Assembly: GCA_049599895.1 (NCBI GenBank)
Contig: JBMYPC010000040.1
Coordinates: 1 to 23,881 of the forward strand
Origin: Bacteriovoracaceae bacterium
GTDB taxonomy: Bacteria; Bdellovibrionota; Bacteriovoracia; Bacteriovoracales; Bacteriovoracaceae
Direction: 5' to 3'
Length of the DNA: 23,881 nt
A program made the translations under genes and the position numbers. The notes beneath the pieces were generated by a model that was given only the letters and a program-made list of their open reading frames with translations, did no database searches and had not been told where the DNA came from. The stretch's first letter is position 1. Each line of letters starts with the position of its first letter. Shown piece after piece: positions 1 through 8,366 of the stretch.

Positions 1-144
1 TCTGACCCATAAACTTGCCGTTGTTTGTTTAAGTAATTTCAATAGGTTAAGAGAGTAGCCGAGTCAAAGACTTAAGCAAAAGATTAATTAAAGATAGGCA
101 CTAGACCAAAAAGAAGTTCTTAAGAAGCTTAAGTTTGAAAAGCC

Positions 145-1230
145 CTAAGCGGGCTTAGCTAAACCCTGGATTTTCTCCATGAGCTCATCGACAAAAATCT
201 GATTGGCCTTAAGACCTACATTTTTAGAAATCTCTGGAATATAGATTGGCCTATATTCAGAAAGATAAGTTTTCTTCACTTCTCTCACTCGGTCAAGCTT
301 TGCTTTAAGCCTATCACTTGTTAGTTCTTTTTCTTGAAGAGCTTTCTTAAGTCGTTCAACAACTTTCACAGTATTTTCAAAGTCTCTAAACTCAAGAACA
401 TCAGAACCAGCTTGGAGAGCTCTTAGAGAGGCATCTTCAATACTGTATTTTTTAAGGATCGCTCCCATTTGCATATCATCGGAAATGATCAGCTTATTAA
501 ATCTTAATTCTTTTCTTAAATAGTGGTGGGCCTTCTCACTAAGTGAGACTGGATATTGATCATCAATGGCATCAACCTGAAGGTGGGCCATCATCACAAA
601 CTCCACTCTTGATTTAATCGCCTTAAGAAACGGAGGAATATGAATCTTTTCGATTTCTTCTAAACTTTCGTGAACGTAGGGAAGATCAAAATGAGAATCT
701 TTTAAAGTTGAGCCATGTCCTGGAAAATGTTTAGCACAAGCAATGATTCCATTCGTTTGTAATCCTCTGACAACAGAAGAAACATAAAGACTTACCTCTT
801 CTTCACTTCTTCCATAAGCTCTGTCACCGATGACTTTATTTTTTTCATTGGTAAAGACATCACAAACAGGAGCAAGATTTAAATTGATCCCGCAAGCACC
901 GAGTTCTTGGGCCATAATTTTTGTGACATGAAAAATGATTTTTGGTGAAGCAAGTCCGGCAAGGTCAAGAGCTGAAGGGAGTTGAATAAAGTCTTTTTTA
1001 AAGCGGATAACTCGTCCACCTTCATGGTCAACAGCAATGAACAGTGGATATTCTTTTCGACACTTTTGGATTTCATTCACAAGTTCAGCGAGTTGAGCGG
1101 GAGACTCATAGTTTCTTGTAAAGAGAAGAACTCCACCAATATCTTCAGCTTCGATAAACTCTTTTTCTTCTTTTGAAAGCGTAGTTCCTTCGATACCTGT
1201 GATTAATAGTTGTCCAATTGAGCTGTTCAT
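145..1230 (-). CDS. nagZ: Beta-N-acetylhexosaminidase (GH3, single domain, cytoplasmic)
   Basis: GH3 motifs AVDHEGGRV, KHFPGHG followed by the DSH Asp-His dyad, and ISDDMQM; 361 aa; no signal peptide. Confidence 0.93.
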   Translation of the reverse strand: MNSSIGQLLITGIEGTTLSKEEKEFIEAEDIGGVLLFTRNYESPAQLAELVNEIQKCRKEYPLFIAVDHEGGRVIRFKKDFIQLPSALDLAGLASPKIIFHVTKIMAQELGACGINLNLAPVCDVFTNEKNKVIGDRAYGRSEEEVSLYVSSVVRGLQTNGIIACAKHFPGHGSTLKDSHFDLPYVHESLEEIEKIHIPPFLKAIKSRVEFVMMAHLQVDAIDDQYPVSLSEKAHHYLRKELRFNKLIISDDMQMGAILKKYSIEDASLRALQAGSDVLEFRDFENTVKVVERLKKALQEKELTSDRLKAKLDRVREVKKTYLSEYRPIYIPEISKNVGLKANQIFVDELMEKIQGLAKPA

Positions 1231-1315
1231 TAATTCCGATCTTTTATCTTCTAAGTGTGTGTCCTTAGTGTCTTTTGTATGACAAGTTCACTTTTCTAGC
1301 AACAACTAGGAAAGT

Positions 1316-2146
1316 TTATTGCTGGTGAGGATCGAGATAATCTCTGAGCCCATCCCCCAACAAATTGAGACCTATTATAATACCTGCGATGCAAATACTC
1401 AAAATAACTGTGATTCTTGGTGCTTCCAGAAGGACATTTTTTGCAATTGATAATAAAGCTCCCCATGAGTACTCACTTCCTCCAAGACCAAGAAAGCCTA
1501 GGGTTGCCTCACTTATAATGACGCCACTGAGTCCTAAGACAAAGTGAATCACTATAAAAGGAAGAAGATTTGGAAATATAGCCGAGAAAAAAAGTCGGAA
1601 TCTTGAAGCACCAACGGCCTTCGCACCCTCGACATAATCCATTCCCATAATGCGCAAAATTTCACCACGAGCGATCTTTGCATAGCCTGGCCAGCCCGTA
1701 ACAACGAGAGCAAAGATGAGACCCCAGTAGCTCTGCCCCACAAGAGACATAATGAGAATTGCCACAAGTATGGTAGGGAAAATAAAGATCACATTAATAA
1801 GAAGATCAAAGCTGGTTTTGATCATTTTATTGTCTATGGTTGCAAGATAGCCAATAAAGATTCCAATAACCGCGGAAAGAAAGCTCACAGTTAAAGAAGT
1901 CATAAAGGTATAACTTAGGCCCTCAGATAAAACTTCAAGAAGGGATCTTCCATAAATATCTGTTCCGAGGAAGAAGTCTGATGAAAAGCCTAAAAGCTCA
2001 GTTTCAATATTGGGAAGTGGCTTATAACTTTCAAAGAGACTGCCTTTAAAAAGATAAGAGTTTATTAGCCAGAGAATTGCCCAGAGAGCATAAAAGCCAA
2101 CAAAATAGGTTCCAATTTTTAATTCAGTGGTTTTATTCGCTTTCAT
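1316..2146 (-). CDS. oppC: Peptide/nickel ABC transporter permease, OppC/DppC type
   Basis: FLGTDIYGRSL motif, EAA loop (DYVEGAKAVGAS), EATLGFLGLG and LNLLGDGLRDYLDP. Start moved to ATG 2146, which follows a GGGAGG RBS and lies 1 nt after the upstream stop. The opp versus dpp label is not resolvable. Confidence 0.9.
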   Translation of the reverse strand: MKANKTTELKIGTYFVGFYALWAILWLINSYLFKGSLFESYKPLPNIETELLGFSSDFFLGTDIYGRSLLEVLSEGLSYTFMTSLTVSFLSAVIGIFIGYLATIDNKMIKTSFDLLINVIFIFPTILVAILIMSLVGQSYWGLIFALVVTGWPGYAKIARGEILRIMGMDYVEGAKAVGASRFRLFFSAIFPNLLPFIVIHFVLGLSGVIISEATLGFLGLGGSEYSWGALLSIAKNVLLEAPRITVILSICIAGIIIGLNLLGDGLRDYLDPHQQ

Positions 2147-2147
2147 T

Positions 2148-3065
2148 CTAAGCCTCCCCCTGAATTCTTGGATCAAGCTTAGCGTTGATCGCATCGATCA
2201 AAAAGTAGACCACCATATAAACGATACTAGAATAAAGAATCACACCCTGAACAATGGGATAATCTCTATTTTGAATTGCCGTAAGTAATAATGTCCCAAC
2301 ACCAGGAATATCAAAAATACTCTCCGTCACCATTGTCCCTGCAAGAAGAACAGATAGTTGAATCGCCACAACATTTAATATCGTTGGTAAACTGACTTTT
2401 AAAATTCGAAGATAAATTTGAACATTCGATAATCCCTTAGAAAGAAGAACCGTAATCCAAAGAGCATTTTTCTCTTCGAGAAATTTATTTCGTGCAACCT
2501 TAATAAGGATCGCTGAAAGAGGGATAACCAGAGTAAGGGAAGGTAAGAACATATGTTTTAATTCACCCCATTCTGACACCGGAAAAAGTTGAAATTGAAT
2601 CGCAAATAAAAGAACGAGAAGTGGCCCCAAGGAAAAAATCGGTAGGGCCAAAAAAAGAACCGAACTAAACCGAATCAAAAAATCCGTTGTGGTCATTCGG
2701 TTGATGGCACTTATAAAACCAAAGAAAACTCCAAAGTGAAATGAAAGAAAAACAACAATTCCCGTTAGGATAAGAGTCGGAGTGAAGTGCGAAACAATAA
2801 GGCTCACGACATCTTTTTTCTTAAAAAGAGATTTTCCAAGATCTCCTTTAACGGCTCCTACCAAAAAGAGCTTATATTGCGTCAGCATAGGCTTATCGAG
2901 ATGCAACTGTTCTCTCACCTTCTTAATTTCTTCTACAGAGGCCCTTGGACCAAGAACTCTTTCAACAGGATCACCAGGAGAAAGCCTCACCGCAAAAAAA
3001 ACGGCAGTGGTCACAAGATAGATCGTCACTAGAAAATAAAGAAACTTTTTAAAATAGAGATTCAT
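2148..3065 (-). CDS. oppB: Peptide/nickel ABC transporter permease, OppB/DppB type
   Basis: N-terminal PGDP...LHLDKP...GDLGKS, TESIFDIPGVG, RDYPIVQG and LDPRI. Start moved to ATG 3065, a TAATG overlap with the upstream stop. The opp versus dpp label is not resolvable. Confidence 0.9.
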   Translation of the reverse strand: MNLYFKKFLYFLVTIYLVTTAVFFAVRLSPGDPVERVLGPRASVEEIKKVREQLHLDKPMLTQYKLFLVGAVKGDLGKSLFKKKDVVSLIVSHFTPTLILTGIVVFLSFHFGVFFGFISAINRMTTTDFLIRFSSVLFLALPIFSLGPLLVLLFAIQFQLFPVSEWGELKHMFLPSLTLVIPLSAILIKVARNKFLEEKNALWITVLLSKGLSNVQIYLRILKVSLPTILNVVAIQLSVLLAGTMVTESIFDIPGVGTLLLTAIQNRDYPIVQGVILYSSIVYMVVYFLIDAINAKLDPRIQGEA

Positions 3066-3859
3066 TATTTCACCGACCTTACGGTTGTGGTCATTCCTTC
3101 TGAAATCCAAAAAACTCTTTCGTACTTAAAGTTTTTCCTGATTTGATAGAGAATAATCTGGTTATTAAATCTCAATGAAAACTTATAATCACCAACTTCT
3201 GTTTTTCCATCATACTCAAAAACAGCAGATGTGAACACCTCATCGGGAATTCCAGAATATTGCTCTCGAATATAAGGATAGCCTTCCCAAATGATATTAA
3301 TTTCAGCAGAGAGATTTCTTTTTTTCTGAAGCTGATTAAAATAACCCGTCATGGCCAGGCATTCGATTAATTGAAAATAATAGCAAAAGACCCCATTGGA
3401 CTTTGGAAATTTAAACTTTCGCTCTCCATTCCAATCTCTTTCAGGACTTTGCATTTTAAAGACAATGCTTTTTTCCTTTGGCAGAACTTCTGAAATCACA
3501 GAGTACTTTTGCTTATCAAACCAAACAATGTATTGGGATTTTTCAGGTCTTAGAAGTTTCAGACCATTTTTTAAAACACCTGACCTCGAAAATGAAATCG
3601 ACTTTTCTAAAGCTTTAGCGCTTCCCTCGCCACTGTCAGTGATTTCTCTTCTGACGACAAATGATCCGGACTTATTAAAGCCTTTTTCTTTTTTAAGAAC
3701 ATAATTTCCTGAGTTCTCTTGCTGGTCATAGACCACCTCGAGATTTTTAAGCATTTGAGAAGATTGCACACTAGTAGACTTGCCCTTTTTTCCTTGTCGC
3801 CCAGAAAATGAGCTACAACCTAAGGCCAACAGTAGGATTAAAACTTTCCCACATTTCAT
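3065..3859 (-). CDS. Hypothetical lipoprotein, beta-strand-rich
   Basis: 264 aa; basic N-terminus, hydrophobic stretch and ALGC lipobox; coupled to both neighbours; no family recognised. Confidence 0.8.
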   Translation of the reverse strand: MKCGKVLILLLALGCSSFSGRQGKKGKSTSVQSSQMLKNLEVVYDQQENSGNYVLKKEKGFNKSGSFVVRREITDSGEGSAKALEKSISFSRSGVLKNGLKLLRPEKSQYIVWFDKQKYSVISEVLPKEKSIVFKMQSPERDWNGERKFKFPKSNGVFCYYFQLIECLAMTGYFNQLQKKRNLSAEINIIWEGYPYIREQYSGIPDEVFTSAVFEYDGKTEVGDYKFSLRFNNQIILYQIRKNFKYERVFWISEGMTTTVRSVK

Positions 3860-3860
3860 C

Positions 3861-4898
3861 TTAGGAAAGTGTTGTAACCTGCTTTAGAAGTGCAATTGAT
3901 TCAAGAGCCTTCCCACAGCCACGCACAACACATGTCAGTGGATCTTCAGCAAGAGAAACAGGAAGACCTGTCTTCTCTTTAATAAGAACATCAAGGTTTG
4001 CGAGTAATGATCCACCACCGGCAAGAATAATTCCGTTATCAACAATATCTGCGGCTAGTTCTGGTGGAGTTTTCTCAAGAGAGACTTTAATCGCCTCAAC
4101 AACTTCTGTTATAGGATCAGAGAGAGCGTCACGAATTTCATCAGAAGTCACTTCGATAATTTTAGGAGCACCGGCAATCAGGTCACGTCCTTTAACTTCA
4201 AAAGTTTTCACTTCTTCATCAAAGGGATATGCGTTTCCGATTGAGATCTTTATTGATTCAGCAGTTCTCTCACCAATTAAAAGTGAGTACTTTTTCTTAA
4301 TATAAGAAGCAATCGCTTCATCAAACTTATCCCCTGCAACTCTTTCAGACTTAGAAAAAACAATCCCTCCAAGAGAAATCACAGCAACTTCAGTAGTACC
4401 ACCACCGATATCAACAATCATATTTCCACTAGGCTCAGTAATAGGGAGCCCAGCTCCAATCGCAGCGGCCATAGGTTCTTCGATAAGATAAACTTCTCTT
4501 GCACCCGCTTGCTCAGCAGATTCTTTTACGGCTCTTTTTTCAACTTGAGTAATCCCAAAAGGAATACAAATAATAATTCTTGGTTTAATAAGCTTTGATC
4601 CTGCTGATGACTTTTGAATAAAGTATTTAAGCATCGCTTGAGTCACTTCAAAGTCAGCAATAACCCCATCTCTCATTGGACGAATCGCCTTAATTGATCC
4701 AGGAGTTCTTCCAAGCATCTCTTTAGCTTCTTTACCAACCGCAAGAACCTTAGTGACACCTTTCATACCGTGGTGAACAGCAACAACCGATGGCTCGTTA
4801 ACAATAATCCCACGATCTTTGGCGTAAACTAAGCAGTTCGCTGTTCCAAGGTCGATTGCAAGGTCATTTGAAAACCAATCAAAAACTTTTTTAAACAT
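3861..4898 (-). CDS. mreB: Rod shape-determining protein MreB
   Basis: [45 protein letters not shown]; amphipathic N-terminus; AAGGA RBS. Confidence 0.98.
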   Translation of the reverse strand: MFKKVFDWFSNDLAIDLGTANCLVYAKDRGIIVNEPSVVAVHHGMKGVTKVLAVGKEAKEMLGRTPGSIKAIRPMRDGVIADFEVTQAMLKYFIQKSSAGSKLIKPRIIICIPFGITQVEKRAVKESAEQAGAREVYLIEEPMAAAIGAGLPITEPSGNMIVDIGGGTTEVAVISLGGIVFSKSERVAGDKFDEAIASYIKKKYSLLIGERTAESIKISIGNAYPFDEEVKTFEVKGRDLIAGAPKIIEVTSDEIRDALSDPITEVVEAIKVSLEKTPPELAADIVDNGIILAGGGSLLANLDVLIKEKTGLPVSLAEDPLTCVVRGCGKALESIALLKQVTTLS

Positions 4899-4907
4899 AA
4901 ACTTTCC

Positions 4908-5882
4908 TTACCACGTATAGTGTCTAATTTTTTCTCCACGCTTAGCAATATCGGCCATCGCCTGGATTCCAATTTCAATATGTATATCAGTAAACTTTCT
5001 AAAGACTTGTTTGGCAGATTTTTTAGTTTTGATACCACCTGGTTTCATTGGGCAATCAGAGATAAGAAGAAGTGCTCCAATATTAACCTTACTGACAAAA
5101 CAACTTGTAAAGAGCGCAGCCGTTTCCATCTCTACAGCGAGAACTCTCTCTTCAATAAGATTTTCTTTAAAGTCTTCGTCGAATTCCCAAAAACGGTAAT
5201 CCGTTGAATGGATGGTCCCCGTTCGATAATCAAGACCTTGCTCAACAAGAATCTGACTCACAAACTTTTGAACTTTAAAAGTTGGAAGTGCGGGAACTTG
5301 AGGAGGCAGAAAATGATCCGAAACCCCTTCCGCTCTTACTGAAGCAATTGGAAGAACAAAGTCACCAACCTTTAAAGAGCGATGAACGGCTCCAGCAAGA
5401 CCTAAAAATAGAACGGCCTTAGGTTCAATAACAGAGATCAGCTCTCCTACAAGTGCTGCCATGGCAGAACCTACACCAAATTCAATAATCGTCACTTTTG
5501 CTTTTTTTGAACTTGATGCCGAAAAGGCTGAGCCTCGAGTATAGATCGCATCATCGAGAATCTGATTAAACCTTTCTGTATAATAATGAAAATTTGTTAA
5601 AATAATTTGCTGTTGAAAGTCTTTTATTCGGTGACCGGTATAGCGCTCAAGCATATCGATAGCGATTTTCTTCTTCTGAGCATTTCCAAAAATTCTTCCA
5701 GACTTAAGCTTCACTCTTTTAGGATGATCGATAATGATGTCTACCGTTGGGGAAGCATCACTCACCTGCCTTGCCGTTTCAAGAGGTGTGCGCGCAGCAG
5801 CAACACTTTTCTTGGTGGTCTTCTTGGAAGCGACTTTTTTAGTGGTTTTTCGTGTTGTTTTCTTTGTTGTTTTTGGGGCCAT
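4908..5882 (-). CDS. amn: AMP nucleosidase (short Bacteroidetes/Chlamydia-like type, PNP/UDP family) with Lys/Thr-rich N-terminal extension
   Basis: DMLERYTG...ILTNF, ASVRAEGVSDHFLPPQVPALP, RFWEF, VEMETAALF, GALLLISD.P..GGIKT. Confidence 0.88.
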   Translation of the reverse strand: MAPKTTKKTTRKTTKKVASKKTTKKSVAAARTPLETARQVSDASPTVDIIIDHPKRVKLKSGRIFGNAQKKKIAIDMLERYTGHRIKDFQQQIILTNFHYYTERFNQILDDAIYTRGSAFSASSSKKAKVTIIEFGVGSAMAALVGELISVIEPKAVLFLGLAGAVHRSLKVGDFVLPIASVRAEGVSDHFLPPQVPALPTFKVQKFVSQILVEQGLDYRTGTIHSTDYRFWEFDEDFKENLIEERVLAVEMETAALFTSCFVSKVNIGALLLISDCPMKPGGIKTKKSAKQVFRKFTDIHIEIGIQAMADIAKRGEKIRHYTW

Positions 5883-5952
5883 AGCGTCAATGCTTCTGGG
5901 CGTCTAAATAATGCCCGTTAAATTCCTTATTAACTTGAGTAAAACTCCATAA

Positions 5953-5982
5953 AATTTACCACTTGGCCCGTTTTATTGACAA
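5953..5982 (-). promoter_or_regulatory. Putative sigma70 promoter for the amn-mreB operon
   Basis: Minus strand TTGTCA-N18-TAAATT with TGn extended -10. Confidence 0.45.
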
Positions 5983-6011
5983 GCCAATACTTTGCCTTTG
6001 ACTTGCCAATA
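5976..6011. repeat. Imperfect direct repeat TTGACnnGCCAATA x2, 22-bp period
   Basis: TTGACAAGCCAATA at 5976-5989 and TTGACTTGCCAATA at 5998-6011 (12/14 identical). Confidence 0.7.
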
Positions 6012-6031
6012 TTCAAATTCTTTTCTATAAA
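6003..6031 (+). promoter_or_regulatory. Putative sigma70 promoter for the small basic protein
   Basis: TTGCCA-N17-TATAAA, about 65 nt upstream of ATG 6098. Confidence 0.5.
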
Positions 6032-6097
6032 ATCTTACACATATGATGTTGCGTTATTTAAATGTCCGCTACAGTTGTTGATTTCCAGGAGAAAAAT

Positions 6098-6199
6098 ATG
6101 GGACGTGGTAGAAAAAGTTCAGTTCTAAAGATGAAAAGAAGAAAAAACCAAGCTAAGAAAAAAGCTAGAATCAAAAAGTCTATTCCAGCTAAAGCTTAA
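6098..6199 (+). CDS. 33-aa highly basic small protein, candidate small ribosomal/RNA-binding protein
   Basis: Hand-translated: MGRGRKSSVLKMKRRKNQAKKKARIKKSIPAKA. AGGAG RBS at 6087-6091; 15 K/R and no D/E; below the ORF track cutoff. Confidence 0.78.
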   Translation: MGRGRKSSVLKMKRRKNQAKKKARIKKSIPAKA

Positions 6200-8151
6200 T
6201 TTAGAATTTCCTGAATCTTTCCTTTATTGATTTTATATGAGGTCATATCCTTGACCCATAGTTGCTCGCGCTTATTCCACTGACCCCAATAGCCTTTCAG
6301 AAGCTTAAGATCGTTCATATGAAAATCAAGTTCATTTCTGTTTTTAAACTCTTTGCTCGTTAAAAGATTAAGGCCTATCCAAGCGGCCTCAAAAGATTGA
6401 AGCTCAATAACACCAGGTCTTTTATTATAAATCTTAGAAAAGTTTTGAATAAACTCAACTTTGGAATCTTCAGCAACTGGATCACCGACAAAAAATAGAG
6501 ACTGCTGGCTACGGTTGCTCTCCTTAGTTAAAGAGCGGGAACGCCAACTCGGCCCACCAATAAGATTAAGCTTTCTTGCATCGAAATAGCTAAATGAAGG
6601 AATAATCTGAATCGCTTCTTTTGGAAGAGCAGGAACAAAAACCCAATCAAAATCTGTAACAGGCCTTAGAGTCTGAATTCTTCTTACGATTCTCTTATCT
6701 TCAAGCTTATGGATCTCAGAAAGAAGATCGAGCTCTTCCATTCTTTCTCTTGGGAACTTGAGTTCAAGAAGATTCTTCACAGGGTCTCTTAAGTCAGTCT
6801 TTCCTTTTTCAAACCAAGAAAGGTCTGTCACCTCAACTTCATTTTTCTGAGCTGTGTTCCAAAAGGCGTCCATAAAAGCACGCCCTCGAATTGAGTTTGG
6901 ATAAACGATCGCAGCACGGCTTCCAAAAAGCTCTACCATTTCTTTCGAAAATAGAATGTTTGCAATTGATTCTACCGAACCAGGCATCTCAATTAAAAGA
7001 TGACCCTTCTTTTCACTTGGAAGATAGAGCTGAGAAAGTGAGACAAAAAGAACGCCTCTTTTTTTCGATTCAATATAGACCTTCGTTCCCTCTTCAGGAA
7101 AAAGACCACCTATAATAAATGAAACTTGTTTTTCAGAAACAAGCTCGCTGACATGATGGGCCCCAGCGGCGGCACTTCCTGCCGAGTCTCGAATTTCAAA
7201 AACCATTTTTTGGCTTTCTGGAAGTTTTTCATTTAAGGAGTTTAAAGCAAAATCAATTCCTTTAAGGGCCCTTTCTCCGTAAGCTTTATATTTCCCTGAA
7301 AGCGGAAGAATAATTCCCACAGTGTTAGTGTTAAGCTTTGAGTATTTTTCAAGTCGTGAGTAAAAATCATCAATCTCTGCGATCACTTCTGGATAACGAT
7401 TATATTCATCTCGGATATAATCAAAGAGATCTTCTGCTCGAGATCGTTCACCACTATAATATTCTTCCAAAGCGATCTGAAGAACAATATAACCAGCTGT
7501 TACACTTCTCGATTTTTCTGAAATCGAATTTACAAAATTAAGTCTCTCTAATGAGGAAAGGGAAAGAACATAAGATTTCACTCGATTAAAGTAGCTATCC
7601 TTCATGGCATCTTGAAGTGATTCATACTTACGAAGATAGGCCAAAAGTGCCTTCATCCCTTTGTCTTTAAGATCAAGGTAGCTAGCTGCTTCGTAATAAA
7701 GAATGAAATACTTTTCGTGCTCAACACTTGGAAGGACTTCAAGATTGACGAGTCTTAAAGTCCCCAGACACTTTTCATATCGAGCTGTTTTATAATAACT
7801 GCTTCCAAGGTTAAGATAGATTTGATTGGTTAATACTGGATCTAATGAAGAGTGATTTAAGGCCTGTTCAAAGTTTGAGATAGCGTCTTCGTATTTTGCA
7901 CTTGTGTAGTAGATAACCCCAATGAGGTTTTTCTTTAAAGCCTTTTCACTTTCCTTTAAAGTTGCATCACCAAGTTCGTTTAAACGAACAAGAGCAATTC
8001 CAGAATCTCCTCCAGCATAAATTTGTTTGATTTTATTTATTCTTTGGATGAAAGCCGGTGAGTAAATGTCTCCACGATCTTGCTTTGAGATCATCTTAAC
8101 TCCACCACAACTTGAGAGAACTAAAGTAAACAAAAGTAATAGTATTTTCAT
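6196..8151 (-). CDS. TPR + periplasmic-binding-protein-fold lipoprotein (LpoA/LppC-like penicillin-binding protein activator)
   Basis: MKILLLLFTLVLSSC lipobox (ATG 8151 preferred over TTG 8160); TPR helices (NLIGVIYY..YEDAISNFEQAL, YLNLGSSYY); C-terminal VGIILPLSG..YGERALKGI, IIGGL, DFDWVFVP. Confidence 0.8.
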   Translation of the reverse strand: MKILLLLFTLVLSSCGGVKMISKQDRGDIYSPAFIQRINKIKQIYAGGDSGIALVRLNELGDATLKESEKALKKNLIGVIYYTSAKYEDAISNFEQALNHSSLDPVLTNQIYLNLGSSYYKTARYEKCLGTLRLVNLEVLPSVEHEKYFILYYEAASYLDLKDKGMKALLAYLRKYESLQDAMKDSYFNRVKSYVLSLSSLERLNFVNSISEKSRSVTAGYIVLQIALEEYYSGERSRAEDLFDYIRDEYNRYPEVIAEIDDFYSRLEKYSKLNTNTVGIILPLSGKYKAYGERALKGIDFALNSLNEKLPESQKMVFEIRDSAGSAAAGAHHVSELVSEKQVSFIIGGLFPEEGTKVYIESKKRGVLFVSLSQLYLPSEKKGHLLIEMPGSVESIANILFSKEMVELFGSRAAIVYPNSIRGRAFMDAFWNTAQKNEVEVTDLSWFEKGKTDLRDPVKNLLELKFPRERMEELDLLSEIHKLEDKRIVRRIQTLRPVTDFDWVFVPALPKEAIQIIPSFSYFDARKLNLIGGPSWRSRSLTKESNRSQQSLFFVGDPVAEDSKVEFIQNFSKIYNKRPGVIELQSFEAAWIGLNLLTSKEFKNRNELDFHMNDLKLLKGYWGQWNKREQLWVKDMTSYKINKGKIQEILN

Positions 8152-8366
8152 AAAGCCCAATTCTTAAAAAATTTATTCAATTATGATAAGCCTTGAAGCT
8201 TCATGTGAAAACACTAAGAGTCTCTATAACACAGAGCAAACTGTGCATCACGGACCTTTTTAATCGGACATAAGCTCTTTCACAAAGTTACCTCTCTCAA
8301 TTTCTATAAAAGACAAGCCTTAGTGTTATCAGCTCGTATAGAAAAAAACTGAGTTCTCTTAAAGTT

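Noticed and set aside
1..10. Minus-strand ATG at 10 (MGQ...) with a possible TTGACT-N17-TATTGA promoter upstream
   Set aside because: Only three codons are visible, so it cannot be supported as a gene.
1290..1315. Hairpin between oppC and nagZ as a terminator
   Set aside because: AT-rich stem with a mismatch on the coding strand and no U-tract.
8261..8290. Possible FliA (sigma28) promoter, minus-strand TAAC...TCCGATTA
   Set aside because: The spacer is 18 nt rather than about 15, and the -35 is poor.
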